Of a stretch of DNA of 64,000 nucleotides, positions 38,164 through 49,088 are shown one piece after another. The translations under genes and the position numbers were made by a program. Source of the stretch: Spirochaetota bacterium. Its GTDB lineage: Bacteria > Spirochaetota > UBA4802 > UBA5550. Position 1 is the stretch's first letter. Every line of letters begins with the position of its first letter. The notes beneath the pieces are model-generated. The model did no database searches and had not been told where the DNA came from. It was given only the letters and a program-made list of their open reading frames with translations. Location of the stretch: the NCBI GenBank assembly GCA_963664815.2, contig CAXXHB010000003.1, forward strand, positions 3,680,001 through 3,744,000, given 5' to 3'.

Positions 38164-39348
38164 CTACTTTATATTCTCAACAATAAATGCACACGCAGGA
38201 CCGCCACTCGCACACATGCTTGCACATGCATACCGTCCGCCCCGGCGCTTAAGTTCATTAATCGCCGCCATAATAATCCTTACACCTGTCATGCCTACAG
38301 GGTGACCTATTGGAATGCCCGATCCTACAGCGTTAAGATTCTCAATTGAAATTCCCAGTTCTTTCTGGCATCCTATTGCCTGTGCAGCAAAGGCTTCATT
38401 AAGCTCCCAGTAATCTATATCTTTGACAGTTAGTCCTGCAAATTTCAGAGCCCTGTGTACTGCCGGGACAACCCCCATCCCCATGATCCTCGGTTCCACT
38501 GCACCTGATGCGGACGATACAACCTTTGCAACCGGTTTAATCCCCAGCATACCAGCCCTGTCTGCCGACATCAGTATCATGGCAGCCGCACCGTCATTTA
38601 ATCCTGAAGCGTTGAAAGCCGTTACGGTTCCATCTTTTTTGAAGGCCGGCTTAAGACCGGCAGCCATTTCCATTGTTGCATTCGGATTCGGATGTTCATC
38701 AGTATCAAATATTTTCACACCCTTTTTTGTTTTAACTTCAACCGGTACAATTTCATCTTTCAATAAACCTTCAGCAATAGCTCTGCAGGCCCTTTTGTGG
38801 CTCAGCAGTGAATATTCATCCTGCTCTTCCCGTGTTATGCCGTACTTTTCTGCAATGTTTTCAGCAGTTATTCCCATATGATACCCTTCAAAAGCGCATA
38901 CAAGTCCTCCTATCATCAGACTATCCTGAATTTTTTCACCATCGCCAAGACGATACCCCTTTCTGCCGTTCATCAACAGATAAGGGGCATTGGTCATACT
39001 CTCCTGTCCTACTGCAGCCGCTACTTCCACCCTGCCGAGCATAATTTCCTGTGCAAGTATGTCCGCCGCCCGCATCGATGATGGGCATTGCTGGTGAACT
39101 GTTGTCGAAATTGTCTCTACCGGGCAGCCGGATTTAAGCGTAACCCACCGGGCTGAGTTTCCCGGTGAACCTGCCTGATTACACTGACCTACAATTACCT
39201 CTTCAATAATATCAGGATTAATTCCTGCTTTCTGGATGGCCCCCTTAAGCGCGAATACACCAAGTTCGTGTCCCTTAAAGCTCTCCAGTGATCCATTAAA
39301 ATCACCTACAGCTGTTCTTGCTGCACTTATAATTACTGCTTCTTTCAT
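38164..39348 (-). CDS. Acetyl-CoA C-acyltransferase (thiolase)
   Basis: Catalytic Cys (QQCPSS), NEAFA, GHP.G and C-terminal MCASGG. Confidence 0.92.
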   Translation of the reverse strand: MKEAVIISAARTAVGDFNGSLESFKGHELGVFALKGAIQKAGINPDIIEEVIVGQCNQAGSPGNSARWVTLKSGCPVETISTTVHQQCPSSMRAADILAQEIMLGRVEVAAAVGQESMTNAPYLLMNGRKGYRLGDGEKIQDSLMIGGLVCAFEGYHMGITAENIAEKYGITREEQDEYSLLSHKRACRAIAEGLLKDEIVPVEVKTKKGVKIFDTDEHPNPNATMEMAAGLKPAFKKDGTVTAFNASGLNDGAAAMILMSADRAGMLGIKPVAKVVSSASGAVEPRIMGMGVVPAVHRALKFAGLTVKDIDYWELNEAFAAQAIGCQKELGISIENLNAVGSGIPIGHPVGMTGVRIIMAAINELKRRGGRYACASMCASGGPACAFIVENIK

Positions 39349-39595
39349 TGTTAAATCTCCTTAAACATTCATTATCTTTACTTAAAAAATATCCGGTTTT
39401 TTATAGTTCCAAAGCCAGCTTTATAGTTTTTTAAAACTCATCTTATAATGTCTGTATTACATTTTATAACAGTATCATGTTAATGAACGATAATTAACTT
39501 GATACGGAAAAAAATAACTCCATTTAATAATTCTACTGATAAGTGTTTAAAATCTCCGGTATTCATCAATATGTTTAACATATTGTTCCATCTCA

Positions 39596-41035
39596 CTATT
39601 CAATACCGCCGAGTTTTTTCGCGTTTTTCTTTTTCTGTTCCATATTTACAAGCCGTGAAATCATAATACGCTGCGCCTGCGGCGAACCTGCACCATGCAT
39701 CGATTCAGTAAGATAACCTACCGCTGCAGAACCCATGGTAATGTTTTCTATAAGCCTCATTATTCTCATCCGGTTAACAGTTGAAACATCTGCCCTTCCT
39801 TTAAAATATTTATGAACCCACTTTCCGGTTTCAGGGGAATTCAGATCATCTTCCGAGGGGAGCGTAACCATCAGCCCTCCTGCTATATCCTGTGCAAGCC
39901 GCGCGATTTCATAAGGAAACCTTGTTACATTCTGTTTGCAGACATTCGCAAGAAGAGTATCTACAAGATATGTACCTGAAGGCTGCTCAGTTCCCTCCTG
40001 AGCACACGCCAGGGAGCCACAAAAAAGTGTTTCATTCAGATGATTCATCTCAATAATCTTGTCTTTAACATGTGATGCCTTATCAGCACCGTTAAATTCC
40101 GCAGCTACCTGTGATGCACCAATCAGCACATCTCCTACTCCGACCTTGCAGGCATAACTCTGTCTGTGATAGGATGCAAAATTCTCAACCAGTTCTCCGG
40201 AAAAATCATATTCCCTCAGCATAAACACACGTTCCCATGGGACAAAAACATTATCAAACACTATCAAAGCCTCATGCCCTCCGAAAAAGGCATTACCTTT
40301 ATCAATCTGACCATTTTCTGTTTTTCTCGTGTCACAGGACTGCCTCCCGTAAATATAAATGATACCCTCTGCATCGGAAGGTACGGCAAACGATACAGCA
40401 TAATTCTTATCTTCCTCCTTCATCGAAACCGTGGGCATCACAATTATCTCGTGAGAATTAACCGCACCAGTCTGATGAGCCTTGGCGCCGCTGACTACTA
40501 TACCATCTTCCCTCTCCTCAACAACGTGAAGATACATATCAGGATCAGGCTGCTCATGAGGAGACAGTCTCCTGTCACCTTTGGGATCTGTCATTGCTCC
40601 GTCACAGACAAGATCCTCATTCTGCACGTATTCAAGATATTTAAGAAACCTTTTATTATATTCCGACCCGTATTTCCGGTCAATATTAAATGTTGTGATT
40701 GAAAGGGCATTTAATGCATCCATTCCTACGCACCTCTGAAAACAGCATCCTGTCAGTGAACCAAGGAGGCGCTCCATCTTCGTTTTTTTAACAAGATCAG
40801 CCGGACTCCGGTGTATATTAGTAAACCTGTTTATTCTTTTCCCGGTAATATGCGATGCTGCTGTTAAAAGATCTTCATATTCAGGTTTCAACGCCAGATC
40901 ATAAGTCAGCTTCACAGCATTCATTGACGGTCGTATTATCGGGTCATCTGCCGGATTTTCAATCTTCCTGCCGAACATGTAAACTTTCAACTTCAGTTTT
41001 CTCAGACTGTCTTCATATTCTTTACCTGTTTTCAT
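39596..41035 (-). CDS. abfD: 4-hydroxybutyryl-CoA dehydratase / vinylacetyl-CoA isomerase
   Basis: CFQRCVGMDA, AMTDPKGDR, GAKAHQTG, YHRQSYACK and ESMHGAGSPQAQR motifs. Confidence 0.85.
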   Translation of the reverse strand: MKTGKEYEDSLRKLKLKVYMFGRKIENPADDPIIRPSMNAVKLTYDLALKPEYEDLLTAASHITGKRINRFTNIHRSPADLVKKTKMERLLGSLTGCCFQRCVGMDALNALSITTFNIDRKYGSEYNKRFLKYLEYVQNEDLVCDGAMTDPKGDRRLSPHEQPDPDMYLHVVEEREDGIVVSGAKAHQTGAVNSHEIIVMPTVSMKEEDKNYAVSFAVPSDAEGIIYIYGRQSCDTRKTENGQIDKGNAFFGGHEALIVFDNVFVPWERVFMLREYDFSGELVENFASYHRQSYACKVGVGDVLIGASQVAAEFNGADKASHVKDKIIEMNHLNETLFCGSLACAQEGTEQPSGTYLVDTLLANVCKQNVTRFPYEIARLAQDIAGGLMVTLPSEDDLNSPETGKWVHKYFKGRADVSTVNRMRIMRLIENITMGSAAVGYLTESMHGAGSPQAQRIMISRLVNMEQKKKNAKKLGGIE

Positions 41036-41098
41036 TTACAATTCTCCTGTTAAATCAGACCTGATTGAAATTTAATTGCATTTAATTTCATTATTAGT

Positions 41099-41971
41099 TC
41101 ACTTAGCTGAATAATCATACCATCCACGCCCTGATTTCTCACCAAAGTATCCATGAACATATCTTTCAACAACACCTGGTGACGGCATATCGGCTCTGTC
41201 TCCGCTGTTTTTAAAAGCTTCTGTTTTCATCAGATATTCAAGATCAATACCGGTAAGATCCATGAGGCGGAAAGGCCCCATCGGATGACCTGCTCCATAT
41301 AAACATGCCTTGTCAATATCTTCAAATGAAGCTATCCCCTTTTCATACAGCCAGAGTGCCTCCTTTGCCAGGGCTCCGAGTACCCTGTTAAGAATAAATC
41401 CGTCAATCTCACTGTTAAGCATAACAGGGATCTTGCCGAGTTTTTCACAAAACCTGAAGGAAACTTCAACAGTTTCGGCATCACAATGAGGGGCTTTTAC
41501 AACTTCGACCAGTTTCATAACAAGTGCTGGATTAAAGAAATGCAGGTTACACACTTTTCCCGGACGTCCGGTAGCATCGGCTATCCTGGAACTGACAATC
41601 CTCGAACTGTTTGTTGCAAGTATGGCGTGTTCCGGAGCAAGCCTGTCGAGATCAGCAAAAAGTTTTCTCTTAAGATCTAGATTTTCAATTGCCGCTTCAA
41701 TTACATAATCCGTATCCATAACCGCTTCTTTAAGATCAGAAACAAAAACTATCCGCTTTCGTATAGCGATTGATTCCGCTTCCGCAAGCTTGCCTTTTTT
41801 CACTCTTTCTTTCAGGTAATTATCAGCAAACAATTCAGCTTTTTTCAGAGTATCTGCATTAACATCAGTACACACTGTATTGTAACCACTGATTGCGCAT
41901 ACCAGAGTCAGCTGATGACCCATATTGCCAGCACCTATTATTGAAATGTTTTTCACGTCATTAATGTCCAT
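41099..41971 (-). CDS. 3-hydroxybutyryl/3-hydroxyacyl-CoA dehydrogenase
   Basis: GAGNMG, HFFNP, GFILNR and PMGPF motifs. Confidence 0.92.
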   Translation of the reverse strand: MDINDVKNISIIGAGNMGHQLTLVCAISGYNTVCTDVNADTLKKAELFADNYLKERVKKGKLAEAESIAIRKRIVFVSDLKEAVMDTDYVIEAAIENLDLKRKLFADLDRLAPEHAILATNSSRIVSSRIADATGRPGKVCNLHFFNPALVMKLVEVVKAPHCDAETVEVSFRFCEKLGKIPVMLNSEIDGFILNRVLGALAKEALWLYEKGIASFEDIDKACLYGAGHPMGPFRLMDLTGIDLEYLMKTEAFKNSGDRADMPSPGVVERYVHGYFGEKSGRGWYDYSAK

Positions 41972-42250
41972 ATAATATCTCCTTTTCTAATTGTTCTTTT
42001 TAACAAAACTATAACAGTTCACAACTAAATCAATTTATCCATTGGCCTTTATGCATTTATTCAATATAGATTGAGGCTGCACGATGCATTTCGGCAAACA
42101 TGTTTTCAGCATGATGCTGCTGTTTGCAGGCTGATAAACTTTCAATCCGACCTCAGCTGTATGCAGTTTTTGAAACTATCTTTCCGGAGATAAAGAAAAG
42201 CGGCCTTTACCATATTCACGATAACATATTAAAACATTCCGTGAACCGGC

Positions 42251-43150
42251 CTAAGAATTCAATTCCCCCCGCATTCTATTCCCTTCATATTTTATAAAAT
42301 TCTTTCCTGAATTTATCCCTGATAAATAAGTCTCATCCAGCACCTTCCGGTTTTTTGTTACTCTGCTGATTTTAAGATTTTCCGGTGGCGATATCTCATA
42401 TACTTCAACACCTTCCGGCGGATTATTAATGAAATTAACAGCTTCCATATATCTCTCATGCCTTTTTCTCATCGCCTCAGCCATCACCGGATATCTTAAG
42501 AATAAAGCTTTATACATGAAAGAAAACCAGCTTTTTCTTTTTACATAATATTTGTGACGTGACCTGATGACTACAATGCGTTTTGCTCCCCGCCTATATG
42601 CTTCAATTACCGGTATAGAATCAGCGATCCCTCCGTCTGCTGCTTTTACCCCATTCACTTCAGTAATATTTCTGTACAGGAGCGGAAGTGAGCTTGATAC
42701 CTTGAGACAGTATTCAAGATTTTCCCTGTCAGGAATAATGTATAGAGGATTTCCCGTTACCATTGATGTGGCAACTATGATGTACTCTTTTTTATCATTC
42801 ACGGTAACGCGTAATATATTATCCAAGTCAAGCCTGCATTCCCGTATAGTTATACCCCATAACCAGTCCAGGTCCATATAGTGGCCTCCGGATAAGAACC
42901 TGGGCAAACTGATAAACCTCGATGTAGCTGAGTATTTTTTCACTATATAATAATTCCTGTCATTTTGGCCCGCAAGATGAGATGCGAGGTTACAGGCTCC
43001 TGCCGAAACTCCTATATAAATATCAAAGGGATCGAATTTCAATGTACCAAAGGAATTCAGTACTCCGGCAGAAAATACTCCCCGCATCCCGCCCCCTTCG
43101 ACAACCAGCGCAGTTTTATTTTTTTTATTCATATGATCCGGACTTCCCAA
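42251..43150 (-). CDS. Patatin-like phospholipase (YjjU-like)
   Basis: EGGGMRG, GVSAG and DGG motifs. Confidence 0.92.
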   Translation of the reverse strand: MGSPDHMNKKNKTALVVEGGGMRGVFSAGVLNSFGTLKFDPFDIYIGVSAGACNLASHLAGQNDRNYYIVKKYSATSRFISLPRFLSGGHYMDLDWLWGITIRECRLDLDNILRVTVNDKKEYIIVATSMVTGNPLYIIPDRENLEYCLKVSSSLPLLYRNITEVNGVKAADGGIADSIPVIEAYRRGAKRIVVIRSRHKYYVKRKSWFSFMYKALFLRYPVMAEAMRKRHERYMEAVNFINNPPEGVEVYEISPPENLKISRVTKNRKVLDETYLSGINSGKNFIKYEGNRMRGELNS

Positions 43151-43175
43151 GGCATTCTATTCCTTAACCGGGTTA

Positions 43176-45032
43176 TTAATCAGGGGCGCCTGAGAATATT
43201 TCAGAGAAAGATTCTGTAACTGCAGTTTCACCGGAAAGTATCGCATCTGAAAGCGCAAAAAATTTCCTGAATTCCGTTCCTATAAAAAATCTCGCAGATA
43301 GTACCTTCCCATAATAAAAACCAGCCTCCCTGCTATCCTTTGCCATCTCTTTAATTTTTCCCTCTTGATTATCACCACAGATCTTTCTCAATTCTTCCCA
43401 GGCGATAGTCATTGCCCACAGATGAAGCCATGAATGAGTCAACAATCTGAATGCCTGTTGAATTACTGTCGCACAGGCAAGAATATCACTCATCCTTTTA
43501 TCCGCTTTTTGTTTATTCAGGTAATCCACTACTTCATTAATCTTCACGATTCCTGAAGCAATAGAAGAAATATATTTTTCCTCCACTACACCGGATGCTG
43601 TTTTAATAGTCTCTTCTATGCGTTTTTTTAATACTTCGAAATTATACATATCTGGATTGAGAATAAGCTTTCTCATTGTCAGGTCGATTGATTGAATTGC
43701 ATTTGTACCTTCATAGATAGCAAGTATCTTTGAATCCCTCGCGAGCTGTTCTACCGGATAATCTGAGCAGTATCCATATCCACCATAAACCTGTATTGCT
43801 TCCGCTGTTATAAGCCATGCAAGGTCGGTATTCCCGGCTTTGCATATTGGTATAAAAAACTCGAACAAAGCCTGCGCCTCTTTCTTTTCCTCGCCTTCCG
43901 CATTTGTATAAATATCAAAATTATGTGCAGCAAACATGGATGCCATTCTCATAGCCTCAACATTCGATTTCATCCAGAGCAGCATACGCCGTACATCGGG
44001 GTGATTTATTATTGCTGTCTGTTTTAAACTGTCGGTCTGATCAGTACCCTGTTTCCTGTTTCTTGCATATGTTACAGCATGCATATAGGCCGAACTTGCA
44101 ACACCCAGTCCCTCCACAGAAACATCAATTCGCGCCTCGTTCATCATTTGAAACATAATCTTCATCCCTTCCCGCTCTTTACCAAGCAGGAAACCGGTGC
44201 AGTTATCATTATCCCCAAAACTTAAAGTACATGTAGCTGATCCCTTTATACCCATTTTATGTTCAATACCCGAGCACACTACATCATTCTGTTCGCCGAT
44301 CGATCCATCCGGATTCACGTGGAATTTCGGCACAAGAAAAATTGAAATTCCCTTCGTCCCGGCAGGATCACCTTCAATTCTCGCAAGCACAGGATGCACC
44401 ATGTTTGAATATAAATCGTTGTCTCCCGAAGAAATAAATATTTTCTGACCTATTATGCGATAAGTACCGTCCGGCTGTCTTACTGCTTTGGTTTTTAATG
44501 CTCCTACATCACTCCCCGCTTCAGGCTCTGTAAGACACATTGTTCCGCCCCATTCTCCTGATATCATTTTTCCGAGAAACATTTTTTTCAGCTCTTCAGA
44601 AGCCCAATGACTGACAAGACCTGTTGCTCCAGCACTTAGAGTTATGTGCATTGTATAAGCGAGACTCCCTGCAAATAGATACTCCAGAACACTTCTGTAT
44701 ATCACGTTTGGCATGCCCATTCCGCCCCATACCGGATCATGTTCCATTCCGGGAAATCCGGACTCATTTACTACCTGTCGTGCTTTGTGATAGGGCTGCG
44801 GTACCACAACCTTCTTTGTAACCGGGTCATACTTTGCACCTTCTTTATCACCTGCTGCATTTACAGGATATATGTCAGCAACAGCAACTTTCTCAGCCAA
44901 TTCCAGAATGGATTCAAATGTATCTTTATCAAAACCAGAAAATTTTTCATACTTCACAAGCCCATCAACTTTTAGCATCTCAAACAATAAAAATCTCACA
45001 TCACGTGAATCAACCAGCAAATTTAATGACAT
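43176..45032 (-). CDS. Acyl-CoA dehydrogenase
   Basis: MCLTEPEAGSD, G.KIFIS, EHKMG, QVYGGYGY and IYEGTN motifs. Confidence 0.95.
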   Translation of the reverse strand: MSLNLLVDSRDVRFLLFEMLKVDGLVKYEKFSGFDKDTFESILELAEKVAVADIYPVNAAGDKEGAKYDPVTKKVVVPQPYHKARQVVNESGFPGMEHDPVWGGMGMPNVIYRSVLEYLFAGSLAYTMHITLSAGATGLVSHWASEELKKMFLGKMISGEWGGTMCLTEPEAGSDVGALKTKAVRQPDGTYRIIGQKIFISSGDNDLYSNMVHPVLARIEGDPAGTKGISIFLVPKFHVNPDGSIGEQNDVVCSGIEHKMGIKGSATCTLSFGDNDNCTGFLLGKEREGMKIMFQMMNEARIDVSVEGLGVASSAYMHAVTYARNRKQGTDQTDSLKQTAIINHPDVRRMLLWMKSNVEAMRMASMFAAHNFDIYTNAEGEEKKEAQALFEFFIPICKAGNTDLAWLITAEAIQVYGGYGYCSDYPVEQLARDSKILAIYEGTNAIQSIDLTMRKLILNPDMYNFEVLKKRIEETIKTASGVVEEKYISSIASGIVKINEVVDYLNKQKADKRMSDILACATVIQQAFRLLTHSWLHLWAMTIAWEELRKICGDNQEGKIKEMAKDSREAGFYYGKVLSARFFIGTEFRKFFALSDAILSGETAVTESFSEIFSGAPD

Positions 45033-45156
45033 ATACAGACCTCCGGAAATTATTTCTGAGAACAGCCGCTAAAAAGCGATATTCTGCATTTTATTTTTTT
45101 ATTTTCATACTTTAAAATAACAGCAAACTTCTGTTAGTACATTATGCTTTCTCATA

Positions 45157-45927
45157 CTATTCCCCTGTAAAAAACGGTTTTCTTTTCTCAATAAATGCGC
45201 TCATACCTTCAAACTGATCTTTCGTCGAAAAACAACTGGACCAGATTTCCTCTTCATATTTTATTCCGGCATGAAGTTCTCTGCCCAAACCAAAATTCAC
45301 TGTCCGCTTGGCACCGGCAAGAGCAGTCCGTGAAAGTTTTATCAGTTTATCTGCAAGTACAAATGCCTCCTCAACAGGATCCCCTTCGGAAAGTATATTA
45401 CATAATCCAAACTCAAGAGCTTTATTCGCATTAATAGGTTTTCCCAGAAAAATCATCTCTTTTGCCCTTCCGGCTCCAATTATCTTCGGCAATCGCTGAG
45501 TACCTCCAGCCCCCGGGAATATACCAAGTTTAATCTCAGGAAGGCCCATTGTAGCATCCGCTGAGCATATCCGTATATCACATGCAAGAGCCAACTCAAG
45601 CCCTCCACCAAGTGCATATCCTGAAATCGCGGCGATCACTGGTATTTCAAGATTTTCAATTGCATTATATGCTTTATTAAAAGTACTCTTTCTTGCTTTT
45701 TCCTGTTTCATTTCAATCATTGGTAAAATATCTGCGCCTGCTGCAAAATTCCCTTCAATGCCGGATATTATTAAAACACGTATATCTTTATCTTCATTCA
45801 GAGTACAGACTACTGTATATATTTCATTGATCATCTCAAAATTAAGAGAATTCATAACCTCAGGTCTGCTCAGTATTAAATGTGCAATACCCACTTCTTT
45901 AATTATTTTTATAAATTTTAATTCCAT
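45157..45927 (-). CDS. Enoyl-CoA hydratase (crotonase)
   Basis: FAAGADI, ALGGGLELA and PEIKLGIFPGAGGTQRL motifs. Confidence 0.93.
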   Translation of the reverse strand: MELKFIKIIKEVGIAHLILSRPEVMNSLNFEMINEIYTVVCTLNEDKDIRVLIISGIEGNFAAGADILPMIEMKQEKARKSTFNKAYNAIENLEIPVIAAISGYALGGGLELALACDIRICSADATMGLPEIKLGIFPGAGGTQRLPKIIGAGRAKEMIFLGKPINANKALEFGLCNILSEGDPVEEAFVLADKLIKLSRTALAGAKRTVNFGLGRELHAGIKYEEEIWSSCFSTKDQFEGMSAFIEKRKPFFTGE

Positions 45928-46003
45928 ATATCCCTCTCTTTAAATCTCAATTATAAAACATTTATGAACGACCATTAATATTATAACATAAAAAATCTAT
46001 TTT

Positions 46004-46618
46004 TTATTTACGATATTTATGTTCCACTCTTGCACCGAGTGCTTTAAGAGAGAAATCAAACATAAAAGTAATTATATCATCCACTGAATATTCCCCGTTT
46101 GGTGTATACCATATTCTTGAGCGTGCAATCATCGACGCAATACAGTAAACAGCAAGTCTCGCATTATTACATGAAAAAACACCTTCCCTGTTTCCACGTT
46201 CAAGAACAGTGATACATATTTTGTCATACTCATCCCGCTGTTTTATAATTTTTTTACGGTTTTTCAAAGTCAGGTTATTAAGCCCGGAATCAAAAAGTAA
46301 TTTTGATTTTCTTTTTTCTCCGAGTGTCATACGAAGATGATTTTCTATTACCATCTTAAGTCCATCCCGAGGTTCAATTGTCTCATCATTTTCAAGTCCA
46401 CGTATTGGAGCGAGTATATCCTCCATTTCCTGATAAAGAATTTCGAATAATATAGTTTCCTTGTTTTCAAAAAAATTATATATATTAGCTGGGCGGAATC
46501 CGCATTCATTTGCTATATCTTTCATGCTTGTTTCAGCATAACCCTTTTCCCAGAAAAGGCTGCTTGATTTAGATAAAATCAGTTTCTGCTGAATCTTGTT
46601 TTCTTTCTCTTCAGGCAT
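46004..46618 (-). CDS. TetR family regulator (KstR2/PaaR-like)
   Basis: LFWEKGYAETSMKDIA..CG....NIYNFFENKE HTH; C-terminal WY.P.G. Confidence 0.9.
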   Translation of the reverse strand: MPEEKENKIQQKLILSKSSSLFWEKGYAETSMKDIANECGFRPANIYNFFENKETILFEILYQEMEDILAPIRGLENDETIEPRDGLKMVIENHLRMTLGEKRKSKLLFDSGLNNLTLKNRKKIIKQRDEYDKICITVLERGNREGVFSCNNARLAVYCIASMIARSRIWYTPNGEYSVDDIITFMFDFSLKALGARVEHKYRK

Positions 46619-46637
46619 ATTTTTTATTACCGTAAAT

Positions 46638-46681
46638 AAATGGAATATAGTTAATGATCGACCATTAACTATATTCCATTT
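46638..46681. promoter_or_regulatory. Extended palindromic operator upstream of the TetR gene
   Basis: aaatggaatatagttaatg-atcgac-cattaactatattccattt, 19-bp arms. Confidence 0.65.
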
Positions 46682-46955
46682 TCATGTCAAGGATTTTTCG
46701 AAATAAAACTGTTTTTTAATCTTATAGGTTATCCTGCAGTCGAAATATTTTAAATTTAAAAATAAGTTATCTTCCCGTTTCTATAATTTAATATGATAAT
46801 ACCCTTTTATTATCATATTAAGTTACGAATTTACAAATAAAATTTTAATCTACTGCTTTGATTTGCCGCACAAATAAAAAAATCCACCCCTCTTTTGGAT
46901 TTTCTGATAAAATATTTAATATTATCATGTTTTTCCAAAAATATAGGTTGACTTT

Positions 46956-47017
46956 TTGACCATATTATGAATGGTCATTCATTTATATAAATGAATGACC
47001 ATTCATAATATGGTCAA
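46956..47017. promoter_or_regulatory. Perfect 62-bp palindrome made of two inverted operator copies
   Basis: ttgaccatattatgaatggtcattcatttat|ataaatgaatgaccattcataatatggtcaa. Confidence 0.75.
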
Positions 47018-47118
47018 CTAAACCCAAAACCAATACATTTTTATCATTATAGTCCAATTGCATTCTCATTTCAAAATTTTACTTAATATAATTAAAATAG
47101 CATAAAGGAGGTTATTAC

Positions 47119-48465
47119 ATGAACTGGCAAGACATTTACAGAAGCCGTATAATGACGCCGGAACAGGCGGCAAAGCTCGTCAACACGGGCGATGCTATTT
47201 ACACCCCATTGGGATTGGGTCAACCATCCATGCCCATTATGGATGCGATCGCAGACAGGAAGGACGAACTGAGCGATATAGAGTACTTCAGCGCCCTGAC
47301 TCTGCGGCCATATAAAATCTATAAACCCGAATATCGCAAGACCTTTACGCTGATTTCCGGATTCATGGGCAGTCCTATATTACAGGCGATTGGCCGAAGT
47401 GAGTTTGCAAACTATTATCCTAACAATGCTTCTGATGGTTATGTACGTTTTAGGATGCACAGGCAGAGGCATAAATTCAGAAAAGTTATTTCAGTGCAAC
47501 AGGTAACTCCTCCGGACGAACACGGCTACATCAACATAGGGCTTGATGGTTTTATGACTCAAATGAACTTTGAAGATGCCTATGAAACGGGTGGTCATTG
47601 TATTGCACAAATTAATCCGTATATGCCTCGGACGCATGGCGCAACAAACTTTCATGTATCTCTTTTTTCGGCTTTTATCGAGATTGCCGAACCATTGCTT
47701 CAGATGCCTACACCTGAGGCAACAGAAGTAGAGATCGCCATGGCCAAAAATGTTGTCGGCCTGCTCAGGGATAGAGACTGTATCCAGATCGGCATAGGCG
47801 CTGTACCCATGATGGTAAGTAAACTGCTTGCTGAGTCAGGCCTCAAGGATTTAGGAGTTCATACTGAAATGGTACCGGCTGGAGCAGGAATCCTTGTTGA
47901 TAAAGGTGTAATCAGCGGTAAATATAAAAAGAATCATACAGGAAAAATTGTTACTGCTTTCACTGTTGGAGACAAAGCGACATACGACTTCTGTGCAAAC
48001 AACCCCATGGTAGAATTCTACGGCACTTCCTACACAAATAGCATGTGGACAATCGCTTCTGAAGACAACGTGGTAGCCATTAATGGTTCGGTTGAAGTTG
48101 ACCTACTGGGCCAGATTGTATCTGAAAGTATCGGTGATATTATGATTAGTGGTTCGGGTGGGCAGCTTGATTTCGCCATCGGAGCATTCTGGTCAAAGGG
48201 CGGTCGTGCAATCAACCTTGTTCCATCGACCACCTCAGACGGAAAAATCTCAAGAATTGTCCCATTCCTGAAGCCAGGGTCACGTATCACAGTTCCACGA
48301 AACTACGCAGGTTATATTGTTACTGAGTACGGTGTCGCTGATTTATATGGAAAATCTGAACCAGAACGGACTGAGGCTTTAATAAAAGTTGCACATCCAA
48401 AATTCCGAGAAGAACTTGAAAAGAGCGCCAGGGAAAGGAATCTTTTATCACCAAAAATCTTTTAG
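47119..48465 (+). CDS. 4-hydroxybutyrate CoA-transferase-like (acetyl-CoA hydrolase/transferase family)
   Basis: IQIGIGAVP, DLGVHTEM, SGSGGQLDF and VTEYGVADL motifs. Confidence 0.88.
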   Translation: MNWQDIYRSRIMTPEQAAKLVNTGDAIYTPLGLGQPSMPIMDAIADRKDELSDIEYFSALTLRPYKIYKPEYRKTFTLISGFMGSPILQAIGRSEFANYYPNNASDGYVRFRMHRQRHKFRKVISVQQVTPPDEHGYINIGLDGFMTQMNFEDAYETGGHCIAQINPYMPRTHGATNFHVSLFSAFIEIAEPLLQMPTPEATEVEIAMAKNVVGLLRDRDCIQIGIGAVPMMVSKLLAESGLKDLGVHTEMVPAGAGILVDKGVISGKYKKNHTGKIVTAFTVGDKATYDFCANNPMVEFYGTSYTNSMWTIASEDNVVAINGSVEVDLLGQIVSESIGDIMISGSGGQLDFAIGAFWSKGGRAINLVPSTTSDGKISRIVPFLKPGSRITVPRNYAGYIVTEYGVADLYGKSEPERTEALIKVAHPKFREELEKSARERNLLSPKIF

Positions 48466-48515
48466 TCTGTAAATATATTCCGATTAATTAAATTATTATA
48501 AAAGGAGAGTAAAAT

Positions 48516-49016
48516 ATGTCAGAAAAAAAAGGTTTCAAGAAGGAAACAACTATCGCAGCGGTTATTGTTGCCGCATGGTTATGCGTAACCCTTACATTGA
48601 TGGGAGTTTTCAAAATTCATCATGCATGGCCGGCCCTATTAACTCTATTGTTCTTTTTTGAGAAAAATGGAGACATCAAAAATCTCCCGAACATTTTTAT
48701 AGGTTCGGCCGTCGGATTATTGTTGGCGGCTGGCGTACCTCATATTGTGGGTTTCATCGCGCCGATATCCGGGACAGCAGCTGCTACTCTTATAACAGTT
48801 TTTCTAATTGTTTTTCTACTTATAGCACTAGGCGATGTAGCCCATATGTTTTTCAATAATTATGGATTTGTTTACTTTACAATTGCATTGATATTTGCAG
48901 AAGCGCAATTAACTGTTCAGTGGCTTATAGTTCTTGTAGCAGGAGGAGCTTTTTTTACCGGAGGTGTTCTTGTCTTTGCCAAGATATTTGGTCTGGATGG
49001 AGAAACTAAAAAATAA
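48516..49016 (+). CDS. Small multi-pass membrane protein (DUF1097-like)
   Basis: About six hydrophobic helices with a WPA motif; aggag RBS. Confidence 0.65.
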   Translation: MSEKKGFKKETTIAAVIVAAWLCVTLTLMGVFKIHHAWPALLTLLFFFEKNGDIKNLPNIFIGSAVGLLLAAGVPHIVGFIAPISGTAAATLITVFLIVFLLIALGDVAHMFFNNYGFVYFTIALIFAEAQLTVQWLIVLVAGGAFFTGGVLVFAKIFGLDGETKK

Positions 49017-49048
49017 TTCTGTATAATAAGTATTATATAAATAATACT

Positions 49049-49077
49049 GATATTGGGGTACAGATAACCCCAATATC
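49049..49077. terminator. Intrinsic terminator between convergent genes
   Basis: gatattgggg/ccccaatatc stem followed by a T-run. Confidence 0.7.
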
Positions 49078-49088
49078 TTTTTCAGTTA

